Shown piece after piece: positions 28,268 to 42,649 of a stretch of DNA of 64,000 nt. The DNA is from Eledone cirrhosa (lineage: Eukaryota), in contig OZ024740.1 of the NCBI GenBank assembly GCA_964016885.1, positions 382,354,001 to 382,418,000 on the forward strand, read 5' to 3'. The position numbers were made by a program, and so were the translations under genes. The notes beneath the pieces were generated by a model. It did no database searches. It saw only the letters and a program-made list of their open reading frames with translations, and had not been told where the DNA came from. The number at the start of each line of letters is the position of its first letter. Position 1 is the first letter of the stretch.

Positions 28268-30365
28268 GAGAGCGTATGACCGCGACGGTAGAGCTCAAGC
28301 TGTTTCGACGGCTATTTCTGGACTAAAGTAAGAGTATTTTTAGTCTGGTAAATAAATAGTCGAACTTTTCAAGGGTACTTCCTTATATGGAAAGATTGTA
28401 GTTGTCAAGGGGATTGGTCAAAAAAATATGTAGCGGACACAGAAACGTCTACCATGGCAGTGGGTGCGGGGTGGGGATGGCTGAACTTGCTTGTAGAAAG
28501 ATAGGGGAGTAGGTAGAGCCGGTCAAGCGTAGTAGGTGAAATGTACCCGGCAAATTCTAAGGAATATGTATGAAAGTAGGCCAGAAGAAATGTCGAAAAA
28601 GGTATCTTTAGAAGGTGGAGGAGGGACGTTATAGATATCGTAAATCAAAAGCGATTAGGGTACAAAGAAAAAATATAATAAGAAAGAAAGAATATAATAA
28701 AAAAAAGTGAGAGAAAGATGTAACAGAAAGTAAGATTGGAAAGTGAGAAGAGAAATAAGGAGTCTAACACAGCTGCTATATTTCGGCCTAAGCCACAGAA
28801 TGAGTTGCTAGATGTGAATAATTGAAAACATTTAGAAATAAAAATCAAAAGTTAAAAATTAATACCACATGTCTGTGTTCTAACACAGCTGCTAGGAATA
28901 GTTAGTATAGCGTAATCTGCGAATGTTATCTGTAAGTTACTGGGGTGGGGGTACTGAGGCTAAAGAGGCCCGATGGGCTGCCTCGGGGAAGGCGAAAGGG
29001 GAAAAAAACCCAAAGAAATGAACGAGGAAGAAGTTCGGTGGTGGAAAGAAGAGATAGGGGAGACAAAGTGATGAAGAAAACATGGAAGTAAAGGAAAGAG
29101 GTACATCTACCTATATAAGTAGGGGTTTTCCCTATCTTATTCGGCAAGTGGGGTATTTCAGCCCTAGGCTACCCACCCGGATCGTTAGGGGGTTTGAGGG
29201 CGAGGTAAGTCTTCCGCAATCTGTGTTTGCATGCAGTTACCAGTCCGTCTTTTTTGTTTATGAGTTGATCCTTCGTAAACAACATTTGTAATGTTTCCTC
29301 CGAGGATAAGTTACACGAACGGCGTCTTCCCGTGTAAGAGTTAGCTCTGGACAGTAAGCTCCAAGTAAGATGGTAAGTTATATTATTATCTTGGAGGTCC
29401 CAGATATGGCCCGAAAGTGTGGTGGCATGTCGCCGGACCGAGTTCCGGAACGTATATCGGTGTTGGTAAAGCCGGGTCTTAAAGTCACAAACGGTTAATC
29501 CTATATAAGCTTTGTTGGAGGTGTCCGTCCTCAGGTTGCACTGGTAGATCACGTTACTTTCTCGGCATCTGTTGTTGAGAGGGCACGTAGATCCATCGAG
29601 GGAGTTATACCTCCTGGTCGGCTCTCCACTAATTTCCAGGTTGTTTCTTCCATGGGGGTTGAGTTTTTTGTTGTTTGACGACGTAATGTTATATGCGAAG
29701 TTGGGTGTGGAGCTGTAGGATAGCTTGATAGTGTTTTTGTTGATTATGTTGTGGTAGCGGTGTTGTGATGGAAAGTGTTTTTCGAGGAGCCTAAAGAAGA
29801 TTTTCCCGATAGGTGTTGCCACCTCGGCATTGTGGGGAGGAGTGAACCCCGTTACGTGGCGTGTGTTTCGGTAAAGTCCAAGGCGGCTCTAAGGAGCGGG
29901 AAGGTAATAGATGCATAGTAACTCTCTATGTCAAACTTGATGAATTTTGTGTTCCGTTTGTCCTCAATATTCCTGAACGATGAGGTTACTTCCTGGGTGC
30001 TAACCCGTTGGCTAAGTCTTGCGTTTTGCTTAACTTTTGGTATAACGTGGTCTAGGATTTTTTTTACCAATTCTTCCTATGTCTGACTTCGTCGGGTTTA
30101 TAAGCCTGATGGATGGTTTGCGGTCGAAGTCGGATTTGTGGTCCTTCAGTGTGAAGTAGGGAGTCCGTGGGTTGAGGGGTTCGGTGCGGTCTACGACCAC
30201 GAGGCTAGAGGTAATTTGTGGTCCCTCTAGATTTATGTCCTCGATAATTGAGTGGTTAGCCTTTTTATAGGTGGAGTTTAGGCTGCTCCTGATCAGTGTG
30301 TGGTATCTGTCCAGGTTGACGAAATAGAGGTTTCCAGTTTTGTCCGAGTGCACCAGGATTTAGTT
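28268..30365 (-). mobile_element. Naiad-type Penelope-like retroelement, internally deleted pseudogene
   Basis: ORF pieces SDKTGNLY, YFTLKDHK..IRLINPTKSDIGRI and FIKFDIESYYASI, then a jump (~29850; catalytic YRDD region missing) to NKNTIKLSYS, CPLNNRC, VIYQC..AYIGLT..FKTRLYQH (GIY-YIG). 3' UTR ends with an HHR and (TA)n. Confidence 0.85.
28279..28376 (-). ncRNA. Degenerate hammerhead ribozyme, U3-A8 core variant
   Basis: rc: accc TTGAAAA gttcgacta...tagccgtc GAAA cagcttgagctctaccg TC gcggt; homologous to 26480-26573 with several stem mismatches. Confidence 0.55.
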
Positions 30366-32927
30366 GGTGCTTTCATACAGACCAAAAGCTTTGGTCTGTA
30401 CAGGTAATGATAAGTAATTTCGCGTAACATTTAACGGCTACGCCACTGACACTTCTATGGACATGATAATAATACAGAAAGTGTTTATCTAAAATATAAC
30501 TTTTATTAGCAATCTAACAATAGCTAACTAGCTATTGCCTTACTACGCAATACATGTAAGAAATACCACATTAGGCAGCAAAATGATGAATCTCTACACA
30601 CGTGCAATTGCGTGCGTTTCTTTATGTTGTGAATATGTATATGCTATTGGGAAAGGGCGTCCGTACCAGAACTAAATAAGATTAATATAGTCATTAGATT
30701 ATTCCTGAACATAAAATGTAAAACCATCTGCTACATTTATTGAGAATAATTTATAATCTAATTGTTATAGCTTAAAGTTAATTTATTTTCTATGCAAATA
30801 AATGTTTATAGAAGTTTGGAAACAACACATATAAGTACCAGCGTTCACAGTATTATACAATCAGATGACTACTCCGTCTTGGGACGAATATGAATTAGAA
30901 ATATTTTAATATTTCAAGGTGATAATCGACCTTATATTTGAGAACTCAATCAGATTTGATGTTCATTAATTATAACAAAGTAGGCAGTACTTAATGATAT
31001 ATCCTTTTACCAATCATTTTCATTATATGATAAAGGTACCCCTACTATTTGTGGTTTTATTCTGTGTTTAATCAAGCGTTGATACGTTCTGGTGCAACAG
31101 CTTTGTCTTAATCTAGCGGGGGCAAACAGACGTAAATATTATTTTATTTACACTAAATAGTATTTTTATTATACTACTCTACATTTCAGTTTGAAAATAT
31201 AAGTTTAAATTATTTCTCGGTCTACATATATAGCATCCCAATTGGAATTATAAGAACTCTACAGAAAGCAATGCGTACAACGACATTAATCATGAATTTC
31301 GATTTCAAAATGAATTCTGTTTAAGAATCATATTGACATACCGCCTGTATGGTCTAACGTGTCTAATTATTAGATAGAGCGAATATTAAGAGGTGCAACT
31401 GAATCTGAGATATCAGCCAGTATTGTTTAGAATCAGCGTGGCTTGGCGTTAGAATGGATTGGAGTACCAGTTATTAGTCTGAAAGCATTAGACTTGACCA
31501 ACAGCAGATTCCACACGCTCAGCGAATGTCGTTGATAAACAATAATAATCTCAGTGCAGGTTGTTTGTCTTAGTTAATATCTCATAAATCCTGCTGAAAA
31601 GAGATGTATGGTGACTATTTACAAATGCAGCTGAAGCAAATTATATACAAAAGACATCTAGGGGAATAATAAGTGCGTTAGCTTAAAAGCAAATATATCT
31701 GCTCGAGCAATCTTTGTAATTCTGTTGCATATGTTTTTATTGTATCTCTATATTCAATATAAATATGTTAATATTAAACTAGTTATCTGACAATGTAATG
31801 TAAGGAGGACAGAAAACCTATTTCCTCCTCGGTATCTTTCTTAAAACAGCTTATTTCGCTTAAAAGCGCATGTACATGTTGTAACACGGATTAAGAACTT
31901 ATGCCTCCTTATATCATATTTGGATTGCAGTATAAATACAAATCATTCAAAGAAAATAGAGGTTTATATTCAATTCATAAAAAATACATTATCACCATGG
32001 GCTGTATTATTTATGAAGCGCTAAACATTTTTTTTCCATAGGTTGCTATAAAATTATTGGAAAAGTCCAGCTGGTTGTTTATACAGATTAACAGAAAAAC
32101 AATTGACAGATCAATGCAACATACTATGTCACTAACACTGTGCTGTCTTAATAGCCAATTCAACGGTAGTTCTGTTTGAAAATTGCGTATCAACTCAAGG
32201 TACAGTTGCTTTATTTAACCAGTGAAAAGTAATTTTTTTTTCGTCATAATTTTTTCGATTTAATCGAAATTACAATTTTCGCTATACGTTCGTGTCATGT
32301 GAAACAAATAATATTTAAGCTTTCATGTATATTCCTTTGCTGGATGGGATTCAGCAGAAATGTGCCACACAGTTCCTAGATAAAAAAAAATATTGCTTAT
32401 CACATCACTTTAACTTATTCAGTCTTCTGATATTTAATAACTGATTTTTCTACATTTCAAATATTCCCTAGTAGCGTTTTTGACTTAGCTATGCTGTGTA
32501 AAGAAGTGAACTTTTGGCATTATTCTATCCAGCTAATCAGACATTTTTAGGCTTAACCTAATCTTTAGAGTATATTTATATGATGCATAGCTTTTTGTAA
32601 TTGATGATTTATGTATAATTATCTTGTGTTAACGATTTGAGGAATAAGTTTTTACCGGTTTCGCATTTCTTATGCTTTTCAAAACTAATTTTGAGCTAGA
32701 GTGCTCGTCATTTTTGCTCTAATCTGATCAGTTTTGGAAATTCTTCCTGTTTTATGTGAAAAAGGTGGCTTGGGAGGTATTAAGATTTGGTTGGTTGTCA
32801 CTTGATTAAGCACAATAAATTTCGCCCCAATTCGTGTTGCAAAAATTCTTGTAGTCAAAACAATTTTGATTTGTCGGTAGAAGTCACGTCAATGTTTAAA
32901 TTGATTTTGGCGCGAAACCAGTTGGCG

Positions 32928-33097
32928 TAATATATATTATATATATATTTATTATATATATATATTATATATATATATATTATATATATATATTATATAT
33001 ATTAACCGTTTTTTGTTTAATATCATTGTTTTAATATTTCTATATTAAATATATCTATATATATTATATATATATATATGTATATATATTATATATA

Positions 33098-33182
<85 letters not shown>
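32928..33182. repeat. Imperfect (TA)n low-complexity tract
   Basis: Direct observation. Confidence 0.9.
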
Positions 33183-33184
<2 letters not shown>

Positions 33185-33889
33185 TATATTTTTATAATAT
33201 TAACATCATTATTATTATATTATTATTATATTGTATCAGAAGCCACCATGTAATGTTTCCTCTAAAAAGCATATTATGAAATATATATATACAAAAAATA
33301 GAAAACCTTCTCACTTGTAAAATTATCCGTTAAAATTTCTCTAGTCAACGGATTAAAAATGTGAATTGATCTACATGTACGGACGTCCAGCTGAATGTTC
33401 TTTACATGTAATTCATACACTAAATTTACAGCAAAATATTTGTGTAAACTCTAGTCTTTTTTTTAGCTCCCATCATATTCATTCTCACATGGAATACTAA
33501 CATTTTTCTTTAACAGATTCACACAGGTTTATTAATCTAATAAGTGAACACTACCCACACAATAAATAATCTAATGTTAGATACATCATATTTGAAAAAA
33601 TATCCATAGCAGCATATAGGGACATCGATTTGAGTCAAGAGATATAGAAATGAAAATAATAATAACAATGATATGAAATTTCATAAACTGAAAAATCTAA
33701 ATAAACGTGATCAGAATTGAATAGATGAAAGCAGTATATACCGATGTACCGTAATAATTACATAAAACAAACTCCCAGATTCTCCTTTTCTCTTTCACTC
33801 CTACGTAATCACATATGTGCGTAGAATGTGTATGAGAGGGGACAGAAAATGCGTAAGAGATCATATATACGCATATAGAGATGCATACA

Positions 33890-34795
<906 letters not shown>

Positions 34796-35196
34796 CACTC
34801 TGACATGTGCAACCTATCACATTCATATGCATATCAAATGGTTCTTCGACAGAATATAGATATATATCTAGTTTGTTTATATTTCCATTGATTTTGGGTA
34901 TTTGAATATATTATATATCCATTGTTACACTTTAACATCAAGATGTCGGGCAGAATAACACATTTCTTTATGTAAGTAGACCATTCTCTTATATTCTGTT
35001 TTTCTCTCAATTTGACTTGGCATCCTTTCAAAAAAATTGACAAAGCTTTGAGTGATACACACACACATTTAGAGAGATATTCACACACACACACACACAT
35101 ACACCCCCCACACACACATACACAAAAACACACACATGCACTCATACACAAACAAACACCCACACACACATATATATATACATATATATATATATG

Positions 35197-35486
35197 ATAG
35201 AAAAAACGAGGAAGTTTCTTTTATATATAAAACATATATATTGTGTATCGACCTGTGACGTGCGTTTCGCAGAGGATTGGCTCAAGGCAACCCATAGGCG
35301 TTATGGACCTGACTCTTTTTGTTTTATTTTGTGTCACATCACCAGTCTGATGTGCAGATCAATACTGGAGTCGAGTCCTTAACCCCTATGAGTTACTTTG
35401 ATCCAATCGTCTGCGAAACCCGTGTAAGAGGTCTATACACAATAAATATATTTTATATGTAAACAAAACTTCCTCTTTTTTATCTA
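35197..35486. mobile_element. Diverged fold-back element with ~50 bp spacer and a decayed hammerhead
   Basis: Arms 35197-35315 and 35368-35486 are imperfect inverted repeats. Plus strand: CTGATGt gcaga...tctgc GAAA (35347-35418). TA runs on both flanks. Confidence 0.7.
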
Positions 35487-35818
35487 TTATATATAATTAT
35501 ATATATATTCCCCCAACTCTGACATTCACATACGCACACACACACGTACACCTACACACATACACACACACAACCTTCAGCCTTCCTCGCTCGGACCCTC
35601 CGTTTCCCTCTGCCTCTCTGCCCTCTCCACGTACCAGCACCCCTACACGCCTCACACCCTTTCACTACTTGTTTCTTTTTATTTCTATTTTTAAAAAATT
35701 TCTTTACTCTCTAAACAATTTTTTACCTCACTTTTCTCTCCCCCCACCCCCTTTTTAAAAATGTCTTTCCACCGTTCCCCCAAACACCATCGCAACTCTC
35801 TTCCTACCCACTTTTCTC

Positions 35819-35849
35819 CTGATGAAGGGCCTATGCCCGAAACGTCGTC
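35819..35849 (+). ncRNA. PLE-type hammerhead core (stem I not evident) at the end of a pyrimidine-rich 3' UTR-like fragment
   Basis: CTGATGA a gggc-ctat-gccc GAAA cgtc gtc; a TA run follows ~95 bp later. Confidence 0.5.
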
Positions 35850-35942
35850 CCCCACCACCACACTCAAGCGTGAAACTAATAACATTTGTGCTGCCTCTTC
35901 GTTTTTCTGTTTTTTGTTCACTGGTTACTTTTTTTTTTAAAA

Positions 35943-35982
<40 letters not shown>

Positions 35983-37813
35983 ATATATATATACATATAT
36001 ATATATATATATTCATTTATTTATTCATTTATTAGATGATTCAGAAGTTTTGTAGTTTACTGAGGAAGGTACCAATATTAGTACTCGATGCTATATCGAA
36101 GTGTACATATTAAGAACAAAACGAGGTTTCACATTTAGGCTTTTACTGAATATGATCAGTTACGAAAGTCCCCCCCCCCCATATATATATATATATATAT
36201 ATATATATCTGTGTGTGTACGAGAGAGAGAAACAGTAAGACGTGACATCCAATTTGTAAACATTAAAATGTTGGACATTTGCAGCATGTACTATAATTTC
36301 ACATACTATAGATGTTACCTTACCATTTAATCATTAAAGGTGGATAGATAAATTGCCAAACTAATATTGCGGCTTATTCTTCGTTTGTATTCAAAACTAA
36401 TTATTTATTATGTTATTGACACCTTCTCAAAATTGTATGACAACTGTAACGATTTTACCATTTCATTGAAAGTGTTTTGGGTGGTAACTACCACACCAAC
36501 AAGAGCCTTGCACTTACACGTTCGTTCGAATATTGCCCATCACTACTGTTTTTCACACATGTGTATGCTACAAAATAATTATCTTCTCCTTGGCCCTATT
36601 GCATTTCAAATTACCAGAATTTTACGAACTCTTCTTCTATGGTTCCTATCTTCACGAGAAACGATTTATATTTATACTGAAAAAATCCTCCATGTCTCCT
36701 ACACAACAACAACGTTTCACGTGTCAGATATATTACATCACCAACGAGGTACATTTTGGATAAATGATTCCTACACCACTAAGAATAAGTCACTTACCTC
36801 TATAAAATAATCAAATTGACCCGATAATCAGTCATGACTGTGAACTCAAATTTTAGAGGAATAAAAATAAAAGTTGTAAGAATTTACCGAGTTAATCAAG
36901 TGAAATTGCACACATTCGTAGATGGGAAACCTAATATACGCTTTTCTCAGAGACCACTTTCCCATGCAATCATCTTAACCAGCTGTGGACCAATAAAAGT
37001 AGGTGCTTGCAAATCTGTTTAATCAAGTTGTTATATAATCGACACTGTTACCTAACCTGACAGTGTGTGGACTAAAGCTTTACAATGACAAAATCAAATA
37101 CTATTACAGGAATTAATTGTTGATCATGTAAATGACATTTTGTCTATTCAAACATAACAGAAGCCAGCCGATTTTGTTTTTAATATAAAGGAGCGGGGAA
37201 AATTCAATTATCTGTTGTAAAGTTTCTTATCTTCGATCACGACTTGCTAACAATATACAAAAGTCATAGTTTCACAAATTCTCGTTGAAACGAGTATTTA
37301 CTCCATAATAAATAGATATCTTCGAATAGGTATCAATGTAAATAATGAACGGGTTGATTATATTCCTATGTTTTACTAGAAGGAATCTTCGTTATTTGTT
37401 TTCCTGTAAGAATAGAAATTAAAATAGACCAAATCGCTGTTGGTCATTTCATTGGTATAATAATTCTGAACAAAGCAACACTCAGAATAGATTGCATTGT
37501 CTTTGAAATATTTCCATACAGAGATTATGCACACATAGATTCTCAATTATGTGCATGTGTATATATTTCTCTCTCTCATTCTGTGTTTGTATTTATATAT
37601 ATAGTCTTCAACGTATTTGTATTAATTATTGTTGGGGCGTAAGTGTGGCTTTACTTTGGATCACATTCTTGGTGTCACACTTTCTTATAATTGTGCTTAT
37701 TCTGGACGAAAATGGATCATATGTTCGTTCAATTGAGTGCTTTGTGAGCGCCTAGAACATTTCGATTAGGACTTGCTATATTGTGGCTACAACTTCGATC
37801 CATCCAATATATA

Positions 37814-38100
37814 TAAGCAAAGGGATATTTAATTTGTTGGTAATTCAACAGATATATTTATAATAGATTCGAAGCACTCGATAGGTTTTCTGGAGTACAA
37901 TATCAATGATATTAATAAATGGAAACTATATTTATAAAACCATATTTATTCTATTATATTCAAGGGCACCAAAACTTTGGTACGCCATCATCAGATAAAA
38001 TACAAAGTTTGTTTTATAAATAGTGACATACCCAGGAATCAGACATTAACGTTTCAAGTTCCGTCTGGAACTTGAACCGTTAAGGTCTGATTCCTGGTTA
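37814..38100. mobile_element. Fold-back HHR element, right arm truncated; same family as 58962-59355
   Basis: Left arm aligns by eye with 58962-59180. Hairpin centre ccaggaatcagacattaacgtttcaagttcc-gtct-ggaacttgaaccgttaaggtctgattcctgg. Decayed minus-strand HHR at 37949-38000. Confidence 0.8.
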
Positions 38101-38109
38101 CCAGTCATC

Positions 38110-38640
38110 ACTGGCATAATATATTCGTTAAACAGATTTCTTTTGGTTTCTGTTGTTGCGGTGGGACCGCTAATGATGTTATACACTTTTGCAAAGGTCG
38201 CCCAGCCAAGAACCTTCTATTGCAATCTTCTTTTTGTGGTACACATAGCTATCTACTTTGTTGCCATTTAAATAACTGCTGATAGTTTTACTGGGCCGAT
38301 AAAGATGTATGTTAAGGCCTACATGTTAGCTCACAATGTGGATAATATTGAGCATTTTCTCTAATTCCTGTGGTGTATGGGCAATTGCGAGGACGTCATT
38401 TGCGATGTCTAAGTGGCATAGGATTTCACCACCTATGTTCATACTCTAGAAAACACCTTGTAAATGGTGGGTAGGAGGCTGATTTTGCAGAAGTTTCTGA
38501 GGTCATCTTTACCACCTTTCTTTTGAATTCGCTATTTCAGTATTATTCTAGCTGTCAGGAACACAGCCTTCATCTAAACACCTGTAGTGCATTTTGGTGA
38601 AGAACATCTAAAGCTGGGAGAGCCCTTAATCTAAGGGACG
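38110..38640 (-). mobile_element. Degenerate RTE-type RT fragment
   Basis: Minus strand HLDIANDVLAIAHTPQELEKMLNIIHIVS*HVGLNI resembles the FADD..VGL.IN RT motif. Confidence 0.55.
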
Positions 38641-39690
38641 AGTTCTCTTATACAGACATTTATTACTCTAAGGATATTTTAGTTACAGATATTTCTTAGT
38701 CTGGCCCCGTAACATCAGCCTATATTGATACAATAAACTCTTTTGTATAGAATTTCTTACTACATTTATTTATTGATTAATCTACTAGATCTTCATATTG
38801 CTTCGTGCTTCAATCAGTTCTCAATTAATTTTCGTCTTTCAGCATCTTCATCGTTTTGTACTGTCTGGTAAATACGTCTTGTAAAAATAAGCGTATATGT
38901 TATAAGTAAATACGGTTTCATTTACTTATCATGTTAAACGTTATAGCTTATTTGTATTCCACATTTCTTTGGTTAAATAGATATGGTTCCCTAGCTTATG
39001 TGCAACCAAACCCGTGTAACTGTCCTTCTACATCAGAAAGTATGCAGAAATATGTTTTTCATTCTTTTCAACAAGTGATGTCAATGTACAGCAAAATCAT
39101 ATTCAGGAAGGTCTGCTGATTTCTATTTCTATAGATCCCACGATACTTTTATTCAAGGATACATATATTGCATTTTAAATTTCGAAATAAGAAAGCTAAA
39201 CCTATCACCGAGGAGAAAAGCGAAAACTGACATAGGTAGAATTAGGTCTACTCTACCGGTTTCTTTTAGAAAAGCAGTACATACCCTGCAAAGGCTTTTC
39301 ACAGTCTAGACAGCGCCTGGCGTAATAATATTAAACTTAACTTTTCACTGAATGGAAGCCTCTCGAAAAAAAAACCCCTCAAAATTGGTTTGGGTTAAAA
39401 ATGCCATCCTATATTGATCTGGTCTATTCAACATATGCATTTATAAAAATAGTAAATTTAAAGACCTGAGAAATGAAATATTTGCAATTAAATATGCCAA
39501 TACACTTTTGTTCACACCATCAGGTATTGTAGAGCCTACTTTAATATATATTAAATTGACCAGCACGTATACGTCCTTTACTTAATAGGTAATTTTCAAT
39601 ATTATATATATATATATGTAAATATGAGAGAGATAGAGAGAGAGAAAGAGAGAGACCGAGAGAGAGGGGCAGAAAGAGAGGAGCAAAGGG

Positions 39691-39723
<33 letters not shown>

Positions 39724-39895
39724 AAGAGAGGGAGAGAGCGAAAATGAGAGAGAGAGGCGAAACACGGAACGCGGCACCAAAACCTTCGGCGGCGAGTTCG
39801 GAATTTTATCAAACCCTATACCAACTCTGCATTTATCCTTTAACCTGATCTCTCCTGGATCACCACCGCGGGCTCATTCTTTCTCTCTCTCTCTT

Positions 39896-39984
<89 letters not shown>

Positions 39985-40077
39985 AAAAATTGAACGGGTA
40001 CAAACAGAGAGGCAGTACGAACAAAGGTTTATTAGTTTCACGCTCTTGAGAGTATATATATATATATATATGTATAT

Positions 40078-40529
40078 CGCGTGCATTAATGTTTTCCAGG
40101 ACACAGTGTTATGTACCGTGTAGTGGAATGTCAGCTTACAACAGAGTGGTGCTCAACGAAATGCAGAAAAAAGGTGTATATTCCAGTTTAGCTATATTCC
40201 GGGGCGTGTATAAAGAATTAAAAAGAACAGAAAGATGCAGTAAAAGAGATTTATTCGGTTCTTACGTACGTTTCAATAGACATCAAGTTGCCTAGATCTC
40301 GCTACATCTATAATATTATATATTTAGTAGAGCATTCGATATCCAATGCACAATCGATCCCATATCATTATCTCTGATGATATGGGATCGATTGTGCATT
40401 GGATATCGAATGCTCTACTAAATATATAATATTATAGATGTAGCGAGATCTAGGCAAATTGATGTCTATTGAAACGTACGTAAGAACCGAATAAATCTCT
40501 TTTACTGCATCTTTCTGTTCTTTTTAATT

Positions 40530-40536
<7 letters not shown>
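40078..40536. mobile_element. Near-perfect fold-back element in (TA)n with a candidate long-stem-II hammerhead
   Basis: Arms 40209-40370 and 40375-40536 with a 4-nt loop (tctc); the left side has ~130 bp extra. Plus strand: tct CTGATGA tatggg...tctatt GAAA cgtacg TA aga (40371-40485). Confidence 0.8.
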
Positions 40537-40573
<37 letters not shown>

Positions 40574-40612
40574 AAGAACACAAGAGCGTCTACAACATCA
40601 AAAGATTTTTAT

Positions 40613-40661
40613 TGGCTTACAATGTTTCTTCCTTACGTAACCGTAGGATTCGTCAGAGCTA
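40613..40661 (-). ncRNA. Minimal type I hammerhead ribozyme at the 3' end of a PLE-like UTR (40570-41340)
   Basis: rc: tagct CTGACGA atcctacg-gtta-cgtaaggaa GAAA cattg TA agcca, then aataaa and (TA)n. Confidence 0.72.
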
Positions 40662-42649
40662 TAAAAGGGGTTTGATTGGTGTTATGGACTCTACCAACCA
40701 AACATTCAAGAACAAAGAGTAAAGAGAGTAAATAGAAAAAGTAGGGGACGAGAAGTCTAATTTTGGTGCGGGAGAGTGGGGTGTGGGTCCTTGTTTACTA
40801 GCTGCGGTCATATTCATTCCCGGGAGTCGAGTGGTTAGCTGAACCATAGATGGGGTGGCGTCGATAGTAGGGTGCAGAGGGTGTGCAGAGGCTACACAAA
40901 CACAAAGGGCATACAATATATATATATATATATAACGGAGGAGAAAGTACATGAGGTAATTAGAAATGGAAAAAGAGTAATAATAATAATTTATAATTAA
41001 TAATGTATAATAAGGCATGGGGAAGATTACACTATAATAAGGTATAAAAGTAAGAATAAGGTAAAATATAAAGGAGGATAAAAATGAAAATAAGAATAAA
41101 GATAACAAATATATATATAAAAAAATATATAGAGAATATATAAAGAAATATAAGCAAGAATTTGAAGGGGAAAACACAATGTAAAAAAACCGATTTTTTC
41201 AAATAAAGATATTATAATTATGGGGGGAGAAAACGGGATAGAGAAATATGATCAAATGTGATTAGTTGAGAGAATATAAGATGATAATAGTTATGTCAAG
41301 TTTATACATCTTAATAATAAATAATCTGTATATCAGAGTTACAGAACCTTCAATTCACTTACAGGTTCAATCCACGTGGCATAGTCCATTGTTTATCTGT
41401 GCGGTCATGTGCGTTTGTTTTTGACACCACAGCAGATGCACAAGTTCGTAAATTCCAATGCAGATAGAAATCTATTTTTGCTCACCCAGACATTGACGGA
41501 GGATCCAATATTCCTAGTTCAATATGTGTGTGGTGTTATTTTGGTCGCACAAATCAATCACTTGGTTCAATATTATGGAGTATGGTTTTCTGGTCTTCGT
41601 AACAGTGTCAGTGGTTGTATATCTCGAAATCACAAGGATCACAGTACTCCGATTTGGTGTGATTATCGGTCATCCAACTATGTTGTCGGTGGTTGGATTC
41701 AATTCTATTGCCCCGAACGTAAAACTTTGGTGTCGATAGAACATTAACGAGGCAGAGTGAGATCGCATCTGTGGTACAAAACGGTACGCAAGGAAATTCT
41801 TCGTCTTCGTTTCATCCGGATCCAGCAGTCACGTGCAAGAACCGCTACATAGTAATTGTGGGGTTAATCGGTCAAGATAGTAACTGACCGAAAATTCTAT
41901 TAGGAATCCAGACAGGTATGACAGGTACATTTAGGTCAGCAGTTTCTTTATGTGTACGTGTGTCCGATACACACAGACACATATTTATATGTATTTCAAC
42001 TCAAAAAATTCAATTGATTCGCCTATTGATATTATATCTGTGTTGCTCCGATGTGCATGTTGTGGTGTTCTGGTCGTGTATATCATTCACTGTGTTTTGC
42101 CATTACCTTGGAATGTGATGTTATGGTCATCAATAGTCCGGCAAGCGCATTCCTCTCTTATATTGCGGAGAATGGTGTTCTGGTCCTCAGTAAACATTTG
42201 GGTCAGCAGGAGGGGTGGTGGTTCTCAGTTTCAACTTCGACAATACATATTTGTTACTCTACATATCGTGCTCCTCTCAAAGAAGAGTATTATAGGAGGA
42301 ATTCATGCCAAACACCACATATAGAGAAGATTTCTACAGAAAAAATATACATACACATACACATATATACACACATCATACACACACACATACACATACA
42401 CACACATACGCATACATACATATATACACATACATATCACATATACACATACACACAATATAATACGCATGCATACAATATACATATATATATATATACA
42501 ATATACATGTATACAATGCACGCACACATGCATGCATGCATGCACACACGTACGCACACACATATACATATGTTTGTGTGTGTATGTGTGTGTGAGGGAG
42601 AAAAGGAGAATACACACACACATGCACACACATACACACACACGCAAAA

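Noticed and set aside
41340-42310. Host exon(s) near the minus-strand GTAAGT donor at ~41360
   Set aside because: No clear acceptor or recognisable protein; ORFs on both strands are short and uninformative.
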